Source: an uncultured Gammaproteobacteria bacterium (GTDB lineage Bacteria; Patescibacteriota; Microgenomatia; UBA12405). From it: DNA of 45,504 bases. Of the stretch, positions 8,364 through 18,239 are shown piece by piece. Position 1 is the stretch's first letter. Every line of letters starts with the position of its first letter. Where the stretch lies: contig CAZWZK010000001.1 of NCBI GenBank assembly GCA_964638385.1, positions 1,945-47,448 on the forward strand, written 5' to 3'. A program made the translations under genes and the position numbers. The notes under the pieces are model-generated. The model saw only the letters and a program-made list of their open reading frames with translations. It was not told the origin of the DNA and did not search any database.

Positions 8364-8717
8364 ATGGATAGTCAATCACTAATTCTTGCCAAAAGTTTTT
8401 TAAATCAAATTGTCAAAGTAATTATTGACCGCCAACTTGGATCTCTTCACCTAAAATGGAAATTTAAATATCCAGTTAATTACGGTTATTTGCCCGAAGT
8501 TTTTGCCCCAGACGGAGAAGAGCTCGATGTTTATCTTCTTAAAATTACTCAACCATTAGAAGAGTTTACTGGTAGGGTAGTGGCCATTATTCATCGCCTC
8601 AATGATGATGACGATAAATTAATTATCATTCCTGACGGCGAAACTATTACTGACCAAGAAATAGAAAATTTAACTAACTTTCAAGAACAATTCTTTAAAC
8701 ACACAATAGTGCGATAA
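8364..8717 (+). CDS. Short inorganic-pyrophosphatase-like protein (117 aa)
   Basis: NYGYLPEVFAPDGEELDVYLL and NDDDDKLIIIP resemble the family I PPase core (NYGfIPqT..DGDPlDvlv / D..DdKvi.V). The protein is much shorter than canonical PPases. Confidence 0.5.
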   Translation: MDSQSLILAKSFLNQIVKVIIDRQLGSLHLKWKFKYPVNYGYLPEVFAPDGEELDVYLLKITQPLEEFTGRVVAIIHRLNDDDDKLIIIPDGETITDQEIENLTNFQEQFFKHTIVR

Positions 8718-8723
8718 TTAACT

Positions 8724-9269
8724 ATGAAATACATCGATAATTTCATTACCAAATCAGGCCAAGAAATTAAGTTTCGCTATCCCACCATCAAGGATGTTAA
8801 AAAACTGAAAAATTATATTAATAAAATTTCAGCCGAACAAAGTTTTATTTTGCTTCAAGGTTTCCAAAACACTCTAGAGTCAGAAACAAATTGGCTCAAA
8901 GATAAATTGGAAAAAATTTCTAAAAATAAATGTGTTTATCTTTGTGGTTTTTACAATAATCAACTAGTCGCCTGTGCTGAAATTACTTTAGGTTTTGAAG
9001 CCAAATCACATCTTGGAGGTTTTGGTATTAGTGTTGCTCTAGAATTTCGCGGACAAGGAATTGGTCAAAAAATTATGGAATTGGTAATTTCTGAATCAAT
9101 CAAAAAAATGCCAGAAATGAAAATTATTGATCTTGAAGTTTTTGGTCAAAATCAAATTGCTCAAAATTTATACCGAAAGATGGGGTTTATTGAATATGGT
9201 AGATTACCGTCTGGTCTCGAAAGAAGAGGCCAGTTTGACGACGCTGTTTACATGTACAAAAAACTCTAA
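8724..9269 (+). CDS. GNAT-family N-acetyltransferase
   Basis: Acetyl-CoA binding motif A, FRGQGIGQKIMELVI. Typical C-terminal YRKMGFIEYG. Confidence 0.8.
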   Translation: MKYIDNFITKSGQEIKFRYPTIKDVKKLKNYINKISAEQSFILLQGFQNTLESETNWLKDKLEKISKNKCVYLCGFYNNQLVACAEITLGFEAKSHLGGFGISVALEFRGQGIGQKIMELVISESIKKMPEMKIIDLEVFGQNQIAQNLYRKMGFIEYGRLPSGLERRGQFDDAVYMYKKL

Positions 9270-9318
9270 CAAAAATACGTCATTGCAATCAACCTTGTCT
9301 TTACTAACACGAGAAGAT

Positions 9319-9335
9319 CTCCCTTTTTAAGGGAG
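9319..9335 (+). terminator. Perfect 7-bp hairpin downstream of the GNAT gene (terminator-like, no U tract)
   Basis: CTCCCTT-TTT-AAGGGAG at 9319-9335. A GC-containing stem in AT-rich DNA, but it is not followed by a T run. Confidence 0.3.
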
Positions 9336-9426
9336 GAAGTTTGACAAAAACTAAACAGGTCAGTTTCTTTTTGCGTTTAATCTGCGTAGATTTTAAGGGT
9401 TTTATTTTGTTAGAATATTATCAATT

Positions 9427-10695
9427 ATGATTGACATTAATTTACTCCGACAAGAACCGGAAACCGTCCGTCAAGCATTAATTAACCGTCAAAAAGATTC
9501 TTCCGTTGTTGACGAAATTATCAAACTCGATTCCTCCCGACGCCAACTCTTGTCTGATGTTGAAAAACTTCGTGCTGATCAAAATTTTCTCAGTCGCCAG
9601 TTCAAAGGTAAACCAACCGAAGAACAATTATCTCAGGCAAGCAGTATCAAATCTAGTTTAAAAGACAAAGAAACTCAACTTAAAGATCTTGAAGATAAAC
9701 AAAATTCTATTTTAGAAACTATTCCCAACATTCCTGCACCCGATGTTCCTATTGGAAAAGATGACTCTGAAAATCCTGTCTTTAAAACCGTTGGGGAAAT
9801 TCCCAAATTTGATTTTCAACCATTAGACCACGCTGATCTCGGTGAAAAACTAGATATCATTGATATCAAAAAAGCTGCTCAAGTTTCTGGTTCCCGTTTT
9901 GGCTATTTCAAAGGCCAAGGAGCAGTTCTTGAAATGGCAGTTATGTTTTATGCTTTCCAAAAACTAGTTTCCAAAGGATTTATTGGTATGATCCCTCCAT
10001 CCATGGTTAAAAGTAGCAGTGAATGGAAATGTGGTTACGCCAGTAATAAAAATCTTTTTGGTGCTTATTATTCAGTTCCCGAAGATGATTTAATTTTTAT
10101 CTCTAGTTCTGAACACGCTGTCGTTCCATATCATATGGATGAAATCCTCGATTCTAGTAATTTACCTATTAAATATGTTAATTATTCCACTTGTTTTCGT
10201 CGCGAAGCCGGTACTTACGGTAAAGACATGAAAGGTATCCTCCGGGTTCATTGTTTCAACAAAGTTGAAATGAATATTTTTACTCTTCCTGATTATAAAA
10301 TTTCTGATGCTATGTGTTTAGAAATGTTGGCTTGTGAAGAAGAAATTATGCAGGAGTTTGGTATTCCTTATCAGGTAGTCAAAAATTGTACTGGTGATTT
10401 ACCTCAACCAAATCGCCGTATGTACGATATTAATTCTTGGTTCCCTGGTCAAAATGCTTACCGAGAAACCCAGTCTTGTAGTAATTGTGGTGATTATCAA
10501 GCTCGCCGCCTCAATACCAAAGTCAAAATTAACGGCAAAAACGAATTCGTCCATATTTTAAATGCTACTATGATTACTGACCGAGCTGTTTTAGCTATCA
10601 TCGAAAATCACCAGCAGGCTGATGGATCAATCAAAATTCCAAAAGTCTTACATCCTTACACCAACTTCGAAGTTATCAAACCTAACAAAAGCTAG
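9427..10695 (+). CDS. serS: Serine--tRNA ligase
   Basis: N-terminal coiled-coil arm. Class II motifs TCFRREAGTYGKDMKGILRVHCFNKVE, GDYQARRLN and LNATMITDRAVLAIIENHQ. Confidence 0.95.
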   Translation: MIDINLLRQEPETVRQALINRQKDSSVVDEIIKLDSSRRQLLSDVEKLRADQNFLSRQFKGKPTEEQLSQASSIKSSLKDKETQLKDLEDKQNSILETIPNIPAPDVPIGKDDSENPVFKTVGEIPKFDFQPLDHADLGEKLDIIDIKKAAQVSGSRFGYFKGQGAVLEMAVMFYAFQKLVSKGFIGMIPPSMVKSSSEWKCGYASNKNLFGAYYSVPEDDLIFISSSEHAVVPYHMDEILDSSNLPIKYVNYSTCFRREAGTYGKDMKGILRVHCFNKVEMNIFTLPDYKISDAMCLEMLACEEEIMQEFGIPYQVVKNCTGDLPQPNRRMYDINSWFPGQNAYRETQSCSNCGDYQARRLNTKVKINGKNEFVHILNATMITDRAVLAIIENHQQADGSIKIPKVLHPYTNFEVIKPNKS

Positions 10696-10708
10696 AGGAG
10701 CCACCCCA

Positions 10709-10744
10709 GTCCGGTTCTTTCATTTCTTAATGAGGGAACCGGAC
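10709..10744 (+). terminator. 9-bp perfect hairpin downstream of serS (terminator-like)
   Basis: GTCCGGTTC (10709-10717) pairs with GAACCGGAC (10736-10744), with inner CATT/AATG pairing possible. There is no clear T tract afterwards. Confidence 0.45.
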
Positions 10745-10794
10745 GAAGGTATTTAAATCAAAATTAGCTAATCGATTAATCTATAATATTATTT

Positions 10795-13473
10795 ATGCTG
10801 AATTTCTTAAAAAATATTTTTGACGATAATGCCAAAAGAATTAAGTCATACCAAAAAATTATTACCAAGATCAATGAATTTGAATCAGAGATCACTAAAT
10901 TGAATGATGCTGAGTTATCCCAAAAAACCGATTATTTTAAGAAACTAATCAAGAAAGGTAAAACACTTGATGATCTTCTTCCCGAAGCTTTTGCTGTTGT
11001 CCGAGAAGCCGTCAAACGCACTATTGGCGAACGGGCTTATGATGTTCAGCTTATGTCAGCTATCACTCTCCATCAAGGTGCTATTGCTGAACAAAAAACC
11101 GGTGAAGGTAAAACTCACTCAGTTATTTTTCCAGCTTATTTAAATGCCCTAACTAGTAAAGGTGTTCACATAGTTACTCCAAACGATTATCTTACTCGTG
11201 TTGGTGCTGGTTGGTATCCCAAAGCTTTACACTTATTAGGTATTTCCACCTCTTGTCTTGTTCATGAACAATCTTTTGTTTTAGACCCAGAATATACCGA
11301 TGAAACCGAAAAAATCGATGATCGTTTAGCCCATCTCAAACCTGTTTCTCGTCAAGAAGCTTATTTGGCCGATGTTACCTATGGTACTAATAATGAATTT
11401 GGTTTTGATTATCTTCGCGACCACATGGCTCCTCACCAAGACCAAGTTGTCCAACGCCCTCATCATTTCGCTATTGTCGACGAAGTCGATTTTGTTTTAA
11501 TCGACGAAGCCCGCACTCCTTTGATTATTTCTTCGCCCAACAATCAACCTACCGATAAATACTATAAATTTGCCAAGATCGCCTCGGAACTGCAATCGAC
11601 TGACTATGTTATTGATGAAAAGTCACGTTCCGCCACTCTTTCTGAATACGGTATTCGTAAAGTTGAAAGAACCTTGGGAGTAACAAATCTATACGAAGAA
11701 TCTTTTGAAACCATCCATTATATAGAAAATGCTATCAAGGCTCGGGCTTTATTCCACAAAGACAAAGATTATGTTGTCAAAGATGGTGAAGTCATTATTG
11801 TTGATGAATTTACTGGTCGTATGATGAATGGTCGCCGTTGGTCTGATGGTCTTCATCAAGCAGTTGAAGCCAAAGAAGGTGTAACTGTTCAACGTGAATC
11901 GCAAACCTGGGCTACTATTACTTTTCAAAATTATTTCCGTCTTTACGAAAAACTGTCTGGTATGACTGGAACAGCCATGACCGAAGCTGAAGAATTCAAA
12001 AAAATTTACAATCTCGATGTTGTCACTATCCCTACTCATCGTTCACTCCAACGTCTCGATCAACACGATTTAATTTTCAAGACTCAAAGATCAAAATATG
12101 CCGCCATTGCCAATTTAGTCGAAGAAAAATATAAAACTGGTCAACCAGTTCTTATTGGTACTACTTCTATCGAGAAAAACCAAATCATTTCTTCATTACT
12201 TCATAAAAAAGGTCTTCCTCACCAAGTTTTAAATGCCAAAAACCATCGCTCTGAAGCTGAAATTATTGCCAAAGCTGGTAAAAAAGGTGGTATCACTGTA
12301 GCCACTAATATGGCTGGTCGAGGAGTCGATATTATTTTAGGCGGTCCCAAAGACGGTGTTGAAAAAACTAAATGGCAAAAAGAACACGATGAAGTCCTTT
12401 CTTTGGGTGGTCTTTGTGTTATCGGTACTGAAAGACACGAATCTCGCCGTATCGACAATCAACTTCGTGGTCGAGCTGGTCGTCAAGGTGATCCTGGGTA
12501 TTCTCAGTTCTATGTTGCTCTTGACGATGATATTATGCGTATTTTTGGTGGCGACAAAATTAGTTCATTAATGAGCCGATTCAATATGCCCGAAGATACC
12601 CCATTAACTCATCCACTGGTTTCCAAAGTTATTGAACAAATCCAAGTTAAAGTCGAAGGTTTCCATTTTGATGCTCGCAAAAACCTAGTTGAATATGATG
12701 ACGTTATTAATAAGCAACGCCAAATTGTTTATCGGCTTCGCGATCAGGTTTTATTAAACCAAAAAAATGATCCAACCAAAAATCATGAATTAGTTTTTAA
12801 ATACTTAACTAACCAAATAAACACTTTGATAACCATCAATACGTCCTATGAGAATGGAAAAATTGATGGCGAAAAAGCCTCTCTGGAGTTTATGGAAATT
12901 TTACCCATGAATTCATCTATTCGAAATCAATTAGTCAAAGATCTTGAAAAAAGCGATAATCCATCAGAAATGTTAATTAGTCTTTTGGAAGATCAATGGC
13001 AGGCAAGGTTCAAACTTTTTGGTCGTGATATTGCCGACAGTATTTTGGCCTATTCCATCGTCTCAACCCTAGATCCTCTCTGGGTTGAACATTTAACCGC
13101 ATTAGATGATCTTCGTGATGGTGTTCGTCTTCGTGGGTATGCCCAAAAAGATCCTTTAGTGGAATATCGCAAAGAAGGGTTTGAAATGTTTCAAAAATTA
13201 ATGACCCAATTTGAGTACAACTTAGCTCGAAAAATCTTCCGCCTTGAACCTGTAGCTCCACAAGCAACTACCCCTTCAAATGTAACCGAAGGTAGGGGAG
13301 ACTCTCTAGAAAACAAACCAGAATCTGACGGAGCAAACAATAATAGCGATTCTGTCCAACTACCACCACTACCTCAACCTATTAAAAAAGATCAAGTTAT
13401 TGGTCGCAACGATCTTTGTCCTTGTGGTTCTGGTAAAAAATATAAAAAATGTTGTTATCCAAAATTCGGTTAA
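10795..13473 (+). CDS. secA: Preprotein translocase ATPase SecA
   Basis: Walker A QKTGEGKTH, DEAD-like FAIVDEVDFVLIDEARTPLIIS, VATNMAGRGVDI, LRGRAGRQGDPG. C-terminal zinc finger CPCGSGKKYKKCC. Confidence 0.97.
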   Translation: MLNFLKNIFDDNAKRIKSYQKIITKINEFESEITKLNDAELSQKTDYFKKLIKKGKTLDDLLPEAFAVVREAVKRTIGERAYDVQLMSAITLHQGAIAEQKTGEGKTHSVIFPAYLNALTSKGVHIVTPNDYLTRVGAGWYPKALHLLGISTSCLVHEQSFVLDPEYTDETEKIDDRLAHLKPVSRQEAYLADVTYGTNNEFGFDYLRDHMAPHQDQVVQRPHHFAIVDEVDFVLIDEARTPLIISSPNNQPTDKYYKFAKIASELQSTDYVIDEKSRSATLSEYGIRKVERTLGVTNLYEESFETIHYIENAIKARALFHKDKDYVVKDGEVIIVDEFTGRMMNGRRWSDGLHQAVEAKEGVTVQRESQTWATITFQNYFRLYEKLSGMTGTAMTEAEEFKKIYNLDVVTIPTHRSLQRLDQHDLIFKTQRSKYAAIANLVEEKYKTGQPVLIGTTSIEKNQIISSLLHKKGLPHQVLNAKNHRSEAEIIAKAGKKGGITVATNMAGRGVDIILGGPKDGVEKTKWQKEHDEVLSLGGLCVIGTERHESRRIDNQLRGRAGRQGDPGYSQFYVALDDDIMRIFGGDKISSLMSRFNMPEDTPLTHPLVSKVIEQIQVKVEGFHFDARKNLVEYDDVINKQRQIVYRLRDQVLLNQKNDPTKNHELVFKYLTNQINTLITINTSYENGKIDGEKASLEFMEILPMNSSIRNQLVKDLEKSDNPSEMLISLLEDQWQARFKLFGRDIADSILAYSIVSTLDPLWVEHLTALDDLRDGVRLRGYAQKDPLVEYRKEGFEMFQKLMTQFEYNLARKIFRLEPVAPQATTPSNVTEGRGDSLENKPESDGANNNSDSVQLPPLPQPIKKDQVIGRNDLCPCGSGKKYKKCCYPKFG

Positions 13474-13480
13474 AAATATT

Positions 13481-14503
13481 ATGTTAAGTTTTAAATTCAC
13501 TTCAAAAAAAATCTGGAAAGAAATTGATCGATCAAGAAAAATTTTACTTCATCTCCATCCTGGAGTTGATGGTGATTCACTTGGGTCATCACTGGCTTTT
13601 TATCATGTTTTAAAATCTTTAGGCAAAGATGTCTGTCTAATCCAAGGAGATACTGAACTCCCCAAAAATTTAATGTCTTTACCTGGCACAGACAAGATAA
13701 TTTCCAAAAATATCTTTCAAGTTGACTTATCTCAATTTGATCTTTTTATCATTAATGACTCTTCTTCTTTAAAACAAGTTAGTCGTCTTGGTGAAGTAAA
13801 ATTTCCCAAAAAACTAAAAACCATTGCTATTGATCATCATCAAAGCAACGAGAAATTTGCCAATATAAATTTAGTTGTTCCTACTAGTCCAGCCACCTCT
13901 CAAATTTTATTTGAACTTTTTCAAATTAAAAAGATCAAAATGACCCCCAAGATAGCCGCCTGTCTCATCACTGGTATTTATACTGATACTGGAGGTTTTA
14001 AATACTCAAACACCACCCACAAGACTCTTAATATTGCTGCTCAATTATCCAAAATTTACCCTAAATTTACTCAAATTATTTTTGATATTGAAAATACTGA
14101 CGAGCCAGATAGACTCAAATTTATTTCTTTATTACTTTCATCTGTCGAAACTTTTTATTCCAACCATGTTGCTGTCGCTTCTCTTTCTTACAATGATATT
14201 CAATCAAACAAACTAAGTAATAGCTCAGTCAATGGTTATTCTGAAATTTCTAATATGCTCAAATCGGTTGTTGGTTGGGATATTGCCTTTACTTTAGTTG
14301 AAGTTCAGCCAGAAGTTGTCAAAGTTAGTTTTCGTACTCGTGATAGTAAAACTTACGATTTATCTCAAATTGCTCTGCATACCAAGGCTGGTGGTGGTCA
14401 TCGTGCTGCTGCTGGGGCTACTATTAATAAATCTATTTCCGAATCCAAACAATTGATTTTAGATATCATCAAAAAACTTTACCCAAAAATTGATAGAATT
14501 TAA
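13481..14503 (+). CDS. DHH/DHHA1 phosphoesterase (NrnA-like oligoribonuclease / pAp phosphatase)
   Basis: The ATG at 13481 lies just after the secA stop; the track start at 13400 overlaps secA. Motifs HPGVDGDSLGSS, AIDHHQSN (DHH) and GGGHRAAAG (DHHA1). Confidence 0.8.
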   Translation: MLSFKFTSKKIWKEIDRSRKILLHLHPGVDGDSLGSSLAFYHVLKSLGKDVCLIQGDTELPKNLMSLPGTDKIISKNIFQVDLSQFDLFIINDSSSLKQVSRLGEVKFPKKLKTIAIDHHQSNEKFANINLVVPTSPATSQILFELFQIKKIKMTPKIAACLITGIYTDTGGFKYSNTTHKTLNIAAQLSKIYPKFTQIIFDIENTDEPDRLKFISLLLSSVETFYSNHVAVASLSYNDIQSNKLSNSSVNGYSEISNMLKSVVGWDIAFTLVEVQPEVVKVSFRTRDSKTYDLSQIALHTKAGGGHRAAAGATINKSISESKQLILDIIKKLYPKIDRI

Positions 14504-14555
14504 TTAAAGAAGAATAAGTAATATTTAAAAAATGTCTTATCTTCTTAAATAAATA

Positions 14556-14963
14556 ATGGACGATTGTATTTTTTGTAAAATAATCAAAAAAGAAATTCCT
14601 TGTTTTAAAATCTACGAAGATGATTTGTTTTTGGCTTTTTTAGATATTAATCCCCTTAATTTAGGCCATACTCTTTTAATTCCTAAACAACATTTTCAGT
14701 GGGTTGATGAAGTCGAGCCTTATGATCAATATTGGCAGCTTGCTCGTAAATTAAGCCAAGTTATCCAAAAAGTTACTGGCTGTCTTCTTGTGGCAAAAAT
14801 AGTTTATGGACTTGGTGTTTCCCATGCCCACATTCATCTTATCCCAAAATACGAAAAGGACGATCATATCGGAGGAATTCATCTAAGTAATATCAAAAAT
14901 ATAAACTCTGGAGAAATGTCTTTAATTGCCAAAAAAATTAGCGATTCTTTCGGTCAGCTCTAA
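14556..14963 (+). CDS. HIT-family (histidine triad) nucleotide hydrolase
   Basis: CIFCKII N-terminus, LNLGHTLLIPK, and the histidine triad HAHIHLIP. Confidence 0.85.
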   Translation: MDDCIFCKIIKKEIPCFKIYEDDLFLAFLDINPLNLGHTLLIPKQHFQWVDEVEPYDQYWQLARKLSQVIQKVTGCLLVAKIVYGLGVSHAHIHLIPKYEKDDHIGGIHLSNIKNINSGEMSLIAKKISDSFGQL

Positions 14964-16779
14964 TTCTGTCTGTTTTATTCAAGATTTTTTTACGTAATCT
15001 AACTTTTTGAGGGGTTACATCAATTAATTCATCTGAATTAATGAAATCCAAAGATTCCTCGATTGAATATTTGACTGCTGGAGCTAAAACGATATTATCA
15101 TCATTACCAGCCGAACGGGTGTTAGTTAAGTGTTTCCCTTTACAAATATTAATTTCCAAATCTCCTTCCACCGGTCTCAAACCGACTACTTGACCTTCAT
15201 ACACTTGTTCGTTTGGATCAATAAAATTAGTTCCTCGGTGTTGAGCCAAATCAAGTCCGAAAGACAAAGCTTTTCCAGTTTCAAAAGCAATCATAACCCC
15301 GTTTCTTTCTTTTTTATTTTCTTCTTGTTTTGGTTCGTAACCCAAAAATAATGTATTAATAGAGACAGTTCCCTTGGTGGCCGATACTAAAGTATTTCTC
15401 AACCCCAAACCGTTTCTTTCACTAATCTTGTAGGTCATTCTTGTTCCTGTTTTATCATCAGTTGTCATATCAAGCATTTCTCCTTTTCTTTTACCTAGTT
15501 CTGCTGTGATTGTTCCTACATACTCTTCTGGTGTGATAATAATCATTTCATTAAAAGGTTCATATACTTTACCATCAATTGTTTTTAAAATTACTTCTGG
15601 TTTACCCACTTCCATAGCGTAACCTTCACGGCGTAATTTTTCGATTAAAATAGCTAAATGTAATTCACCTCTACCCGAAACCAATACTCGAATTGCATCA
15701 TTTGGATCATCTTCAATTTTTAACCCTAAATTAGTTTCTACTTCTTCATTTAATCTGGCTTTAAGCTCACGGCTGGTCAAAAATCTAGCCTCTTCTTTGG
15801 CGAAGATTCCTGTATTAGGCCCGAAACTAGCTTTAAGTGTTGGTGGAGTAATTTCAATCATTGGTAAAGCCACCTGACAATTAATATCAGTCAATGTTTG
15901 TCCGATTTCAATTGCGGAAATTCCGGCTAAATATACTATTTCTCCCGACCCAGCTTCACTTACTTCTACTTTATTAATTCCTTCGTTGACATACATTCTT
16001 TCAATTCTAAAATTACCTTTAGTTTTTTGATCTGAATTAACCAAGGAGACTGACATGCCTTTAGTGATTTTCCCTTTAGTAATTCTTCCTACAGCTAATT
16101 TACCTAAATATTCATTCTTTTCAAAATTAGATACTAACATTTGAAAAGGAGAGTCAATATCTTTAACCGCATTAGGTATTGTTTCTAAAATTTGTTCAAA
16201 AACCGGGCTAATATCGGCTGGTTCATCCATATTTTCAGGCATTTGTTTAAAAGCTTTTCCGTCTCTACCAATACAATATATAGTTGGAAAATCCAATAAT
16301 TCTGGGTCGTCTACCAAAGATAAAAATAAATTTTCTGTATCAGCTAAAACTTTTTTAACCTGTTGATCTTTTCTGTCAATTTTATTGATTATCAAAATAA
16401 CTTTCAATTTGTATTCCAAAGCTCTTTTCAGAACGAATTTTGTTTGTGATAATGGCCCTTCAGCTGCATCTACAATCAACAAAACTCCGTCAACCATGTT
16501 CAACACTCGTTCAACCTCTCCACCAAAATCAGCGTGTCCAGGAGTGTCTACGATATTAATTTTGGTATTTTTATAAAAAACTGAAGTATTTTTCGATAAA
16601 ATTGTGATTCCTTTTTCTCTTTCCAAATCATTACTGTCCATGATTCTATCCATCGACATTTCATTTTGGTTATCTCTAAAAGTGTGGGTTTGTTTCAAAA
16701 GTGCATCTACCAAAGTAGTCTTGCCATGGTCAACATGGGCAATAACAGCAACGTTTCGAATATCGGTCAAATTAGGCAT
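14938..16779 (-). CDS. typA: Translational GTPase TypA/BipA
   Basis: G motifs [24 protein letters not shown] and NKIDR. EF-G-like domains. 613 aa. Confidence 0.95.
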   Translation of the reverse strand: MPNLTDIRNVAVIAHVDHGKTTLVDALLKQTHTFRDNQNEMSMDRIMDSNDLEREKGITILSKNTSVFYKNTKINIVDTPGHADFGGEVERVLNMVDGVLLIVDAAEGPLSQTKFVLKRALEYKLKVILIINKIDRKDQQVKKVLADTENLFLSLVDDPELLDFPTIYCIGRDGKAFKQMPENMDEPADISPVFEQILETIPNAVKDIDSPFQMLVSNFEKNEYLGKLAVGRITKGKITKGMSVSLVNSDQKTKGNFRIERMYVNEGINKVEVSEAGSGEIVYLAGISAIEIGQTLTDINCQVALPMIEITPPTLKASFGPNTGIFAKEEARFLTSRELKARLNEEVETNLGLKIEDDPNDAIRVLVSGRGELHLAILIEKLRREGYAMEVGKPEVILKTIDGKVYEPFNEMIIITPEEYVGTITAELGKRKGEMLDMTTDDKTGTRMTYKISERNGLGLRNTLVSATKGTVSINTLFLGYEPKQEENKKERNGVMIAFETGKALSFGLDLAQHRGTNFIDPNEQVYEGQVVGLRPVEGDLEINICKGKHLTNTRSAGNDDNIVLAPAVKYSIEESLDFINSDELIDVTPQKVRLRKKILNKTDRIRADRKNR

Positions 16780-16785
16780 TCGCTT

Positions 16786-16813
16786 ATTCTACTACAAGAT
16801 TCTAAATTTTCAA
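16786..16813 (-). promoter_or_regulatory. Promoter TTGAAA-16-TAGAAT for typA, -10 only 6 nt from the ATG
   Basis: The minus strand reads TTGAAA (plus 16808-16813), a 16-nt spacer, TAGAAT (plus 16786-16791), 6 nt, then ATG (16779). No SD is present. Confidence 0.5.
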
Positions 16814-16867
16814 TCGTTAATTACTAAGATAATACTCCATTTTATGGCTGATTTTGTATAATCAGTT

Positions 16868-17635
16868 ATGTCAAAAAAGAAATTAATTTTATTAGCTTTA
16901 ATAATCATTTTTACTTTTGGAATTTATTTTTTAATCCAGATACTTAATTTTCCAAAATTAGACAACAAAATTGAACAAATTTCTAACCAAGTAGACCAAC
17001 TCAAAGAAACAATCATCCTTTTGCCAACAAAAATTATGGAATCTGGACTGCCTGACAAGCACCTTATCCAAACTGTTTTTGTTCCTCAATCTCCCGAAAA
17101 AAACTGGGATCAACCATGGCAAGACGCTTGTGAAGAAGCCTCTTTGTTAACCGTAGACTATTATTATCGAGGTGTTGATTCTTCTAGTCCACAAACAATA
17201 AAAAATGATTTACTTAAAATGATTGACTTTGAAAATCAACAATCCTTTTCTCACGATATGAACCTTGATCAAATGACCGTTGTTGCTCAAAAATATCTTG
17301 GTTATTCCACTAAAATTATAAAAGACCCTTCAATCGAAGATATAAAAAAATACTTAGTCCAAGACATCCCCATAATCGTCCCTGCCAATGGCAAAACTCT
17401 TTATCGAGAAAACAAACACTTCAAAGACGGCGGTCCTTATTATCATAATCTAGTTATTTTAGGTTACGATGATAACAAACAAAAATTCACCGTCCATGAC
17501 GTTGGAACTCAGTTTGGAGCCTATTTTAAGTATTCTTACTCTCTTCTTCTTGAAAGTATTCACGACTTTCCTTCTTCTAATCAAAAAGAAGATATCAGTA
17601 GTGGAGATAAAAAGGTCTTAATTTTGATAAAATAA
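16868..17635 (+). CDS. Membrane-anchored C39-like (papain-fold) cysteine peptidase domain protein
   Basis: N-terminal TM segment. QSPEKNWDQPWQDACEEASLL gives the Cys context and YHNLVILGYDD..FTVHD the His context, resembling the Peptidase_C39_2 type domain. TATAAT at 16857-16862 lies 5 nt from the ATG. Confidence 0.5.
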   Translation: MSKKKLILLALIIIFTFGIYFLIQILNFPKLDNKIEQISNQVDQLKETIILLPTKIMESGLPDKHLIQTVFVPQSPEKNWDQPWQDACEEASLLTVDYYYRGVDSSSPQTIKNDLLKMIDFENQQSFSHDMNLDQMTVVAQKYLGYSTKIIKDPSIEDIKKYLVQDIPIIVPANGKTLYRENKHFKDGGPYYHNLVILGYDDNKQKFTVHDVGTQFGAYFKYSYSLLLESIHDFPSSNQKEDISSGDKKVLILIK

Positions 17636-17639
17636 AGAC

Positions 17640-18239
17640 ATGAATCAAAAAATTAAATTTCTCAGTTTGATTATTGTTTCTTCTTTATTAATTTCTGGTT
17701 GTACCAAAAAAACAACTACTAAAAATACCAATATGGACTTAAATACTATTCCTACATCTTCTCAAAATGTTACTCCATTACCCTCTAAAACCGATACCCA
17801 ATCAAATCCAATAGTTTCTCTTAAAACCAAAAATGGCGAAATTTTAATCAAACTTTATCAGGATAAAACTCCCAATACTGTGGCTAATTTTATCAAAAAG
17901 GCAGACAGTGGCTATTATAACGGACTACCTTTTCATCGAGTTATTTCTGGCTTTATGGCTCAAGGCGGCGATCCTACTGGAACTGGTATGGGTGGCGGCA
18001 AGCAAACCTCAGAACTTAATGATGTTCCATTTGTTCGAGGCAGTCTTGGCTTAGCCCGCACCGCCGAAACCAAATTAGTTAGCAATGATAGCCAATTCTT
18101 TATTTGTTTTACCACCGAAGGTTGCCAACACTTAACTTCAGATTACGTTAATTTTGGTGAAGTTATTTCAGGCCTTGATGTTCTCGATAAAATTTCCCAA
18201 GGTGACAAAATTATTAGTGTTACTTCTAAAACTAAATAA
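17640..18239 (+). CDS. Cyclophilin-type peptidyl-prolyl cis-trans isomerase, lipoprotein
   Basis: Lipobox LLISGC after the signal peptide. FHRVISGFMAQGGDPTGTGMGG and SNDSQFFI. Confidence 0.9.
   Translation: MNQKIKFLSLIIVSSLLISGCTKKTTTKNTNMDLNTIPTSSQNVTPLPSKTDTQSNPIVSLKTKNGEILIKLYQDKTPNTVANFIKKADSGYYNGLPFHRVISGFMAQGGDPTGTGMGGGKQTSELNDVPFVRGSLGLARTAETKLVSNDSQFFICFTTEGCQHLTSDYVNFGEVISGLDVLDKISQGDKIISVTSKTK

Noticed and set aside
7106-9269. The string of peptidase S51, HD hydrolase, mini-PPase-like protein and GNAT as a possible novel functional system.
   Set aside because: These are four common, small, unrelated housekeeping-type enzyme families. They sit in a long co-directional run of essential genes (greA, lysS ... 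serS, secA), and nothing in the sequence links them mechanistically.
9270-9426. Possible T-box or other riboswitch leader upstream of serS.
   Set aside because: The spacer is only 157 nt. It has no specifier-loop/T-box consensus or terminator/antiterminator pair. The best -10 box is 10 nt from the ATG, leaving no leader to fold.
13400-13480. N-terminal extensions of track ORFs that overlap the preceding gene: 7677, 13400, 21724, 23286, 25350, 28248, 31593, 33029, 38730 and 39904, plus the GTG at 25251 on the minus strand.
   Set aside because: In each case an internal ATG just after, or slightly overlapping, the upstream stop gives a normal N-terminus (signal peptide, TM segment or conserved first motif). 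The extension encodes non-conserved-looking sequence in the upstream gene's alternative frame.
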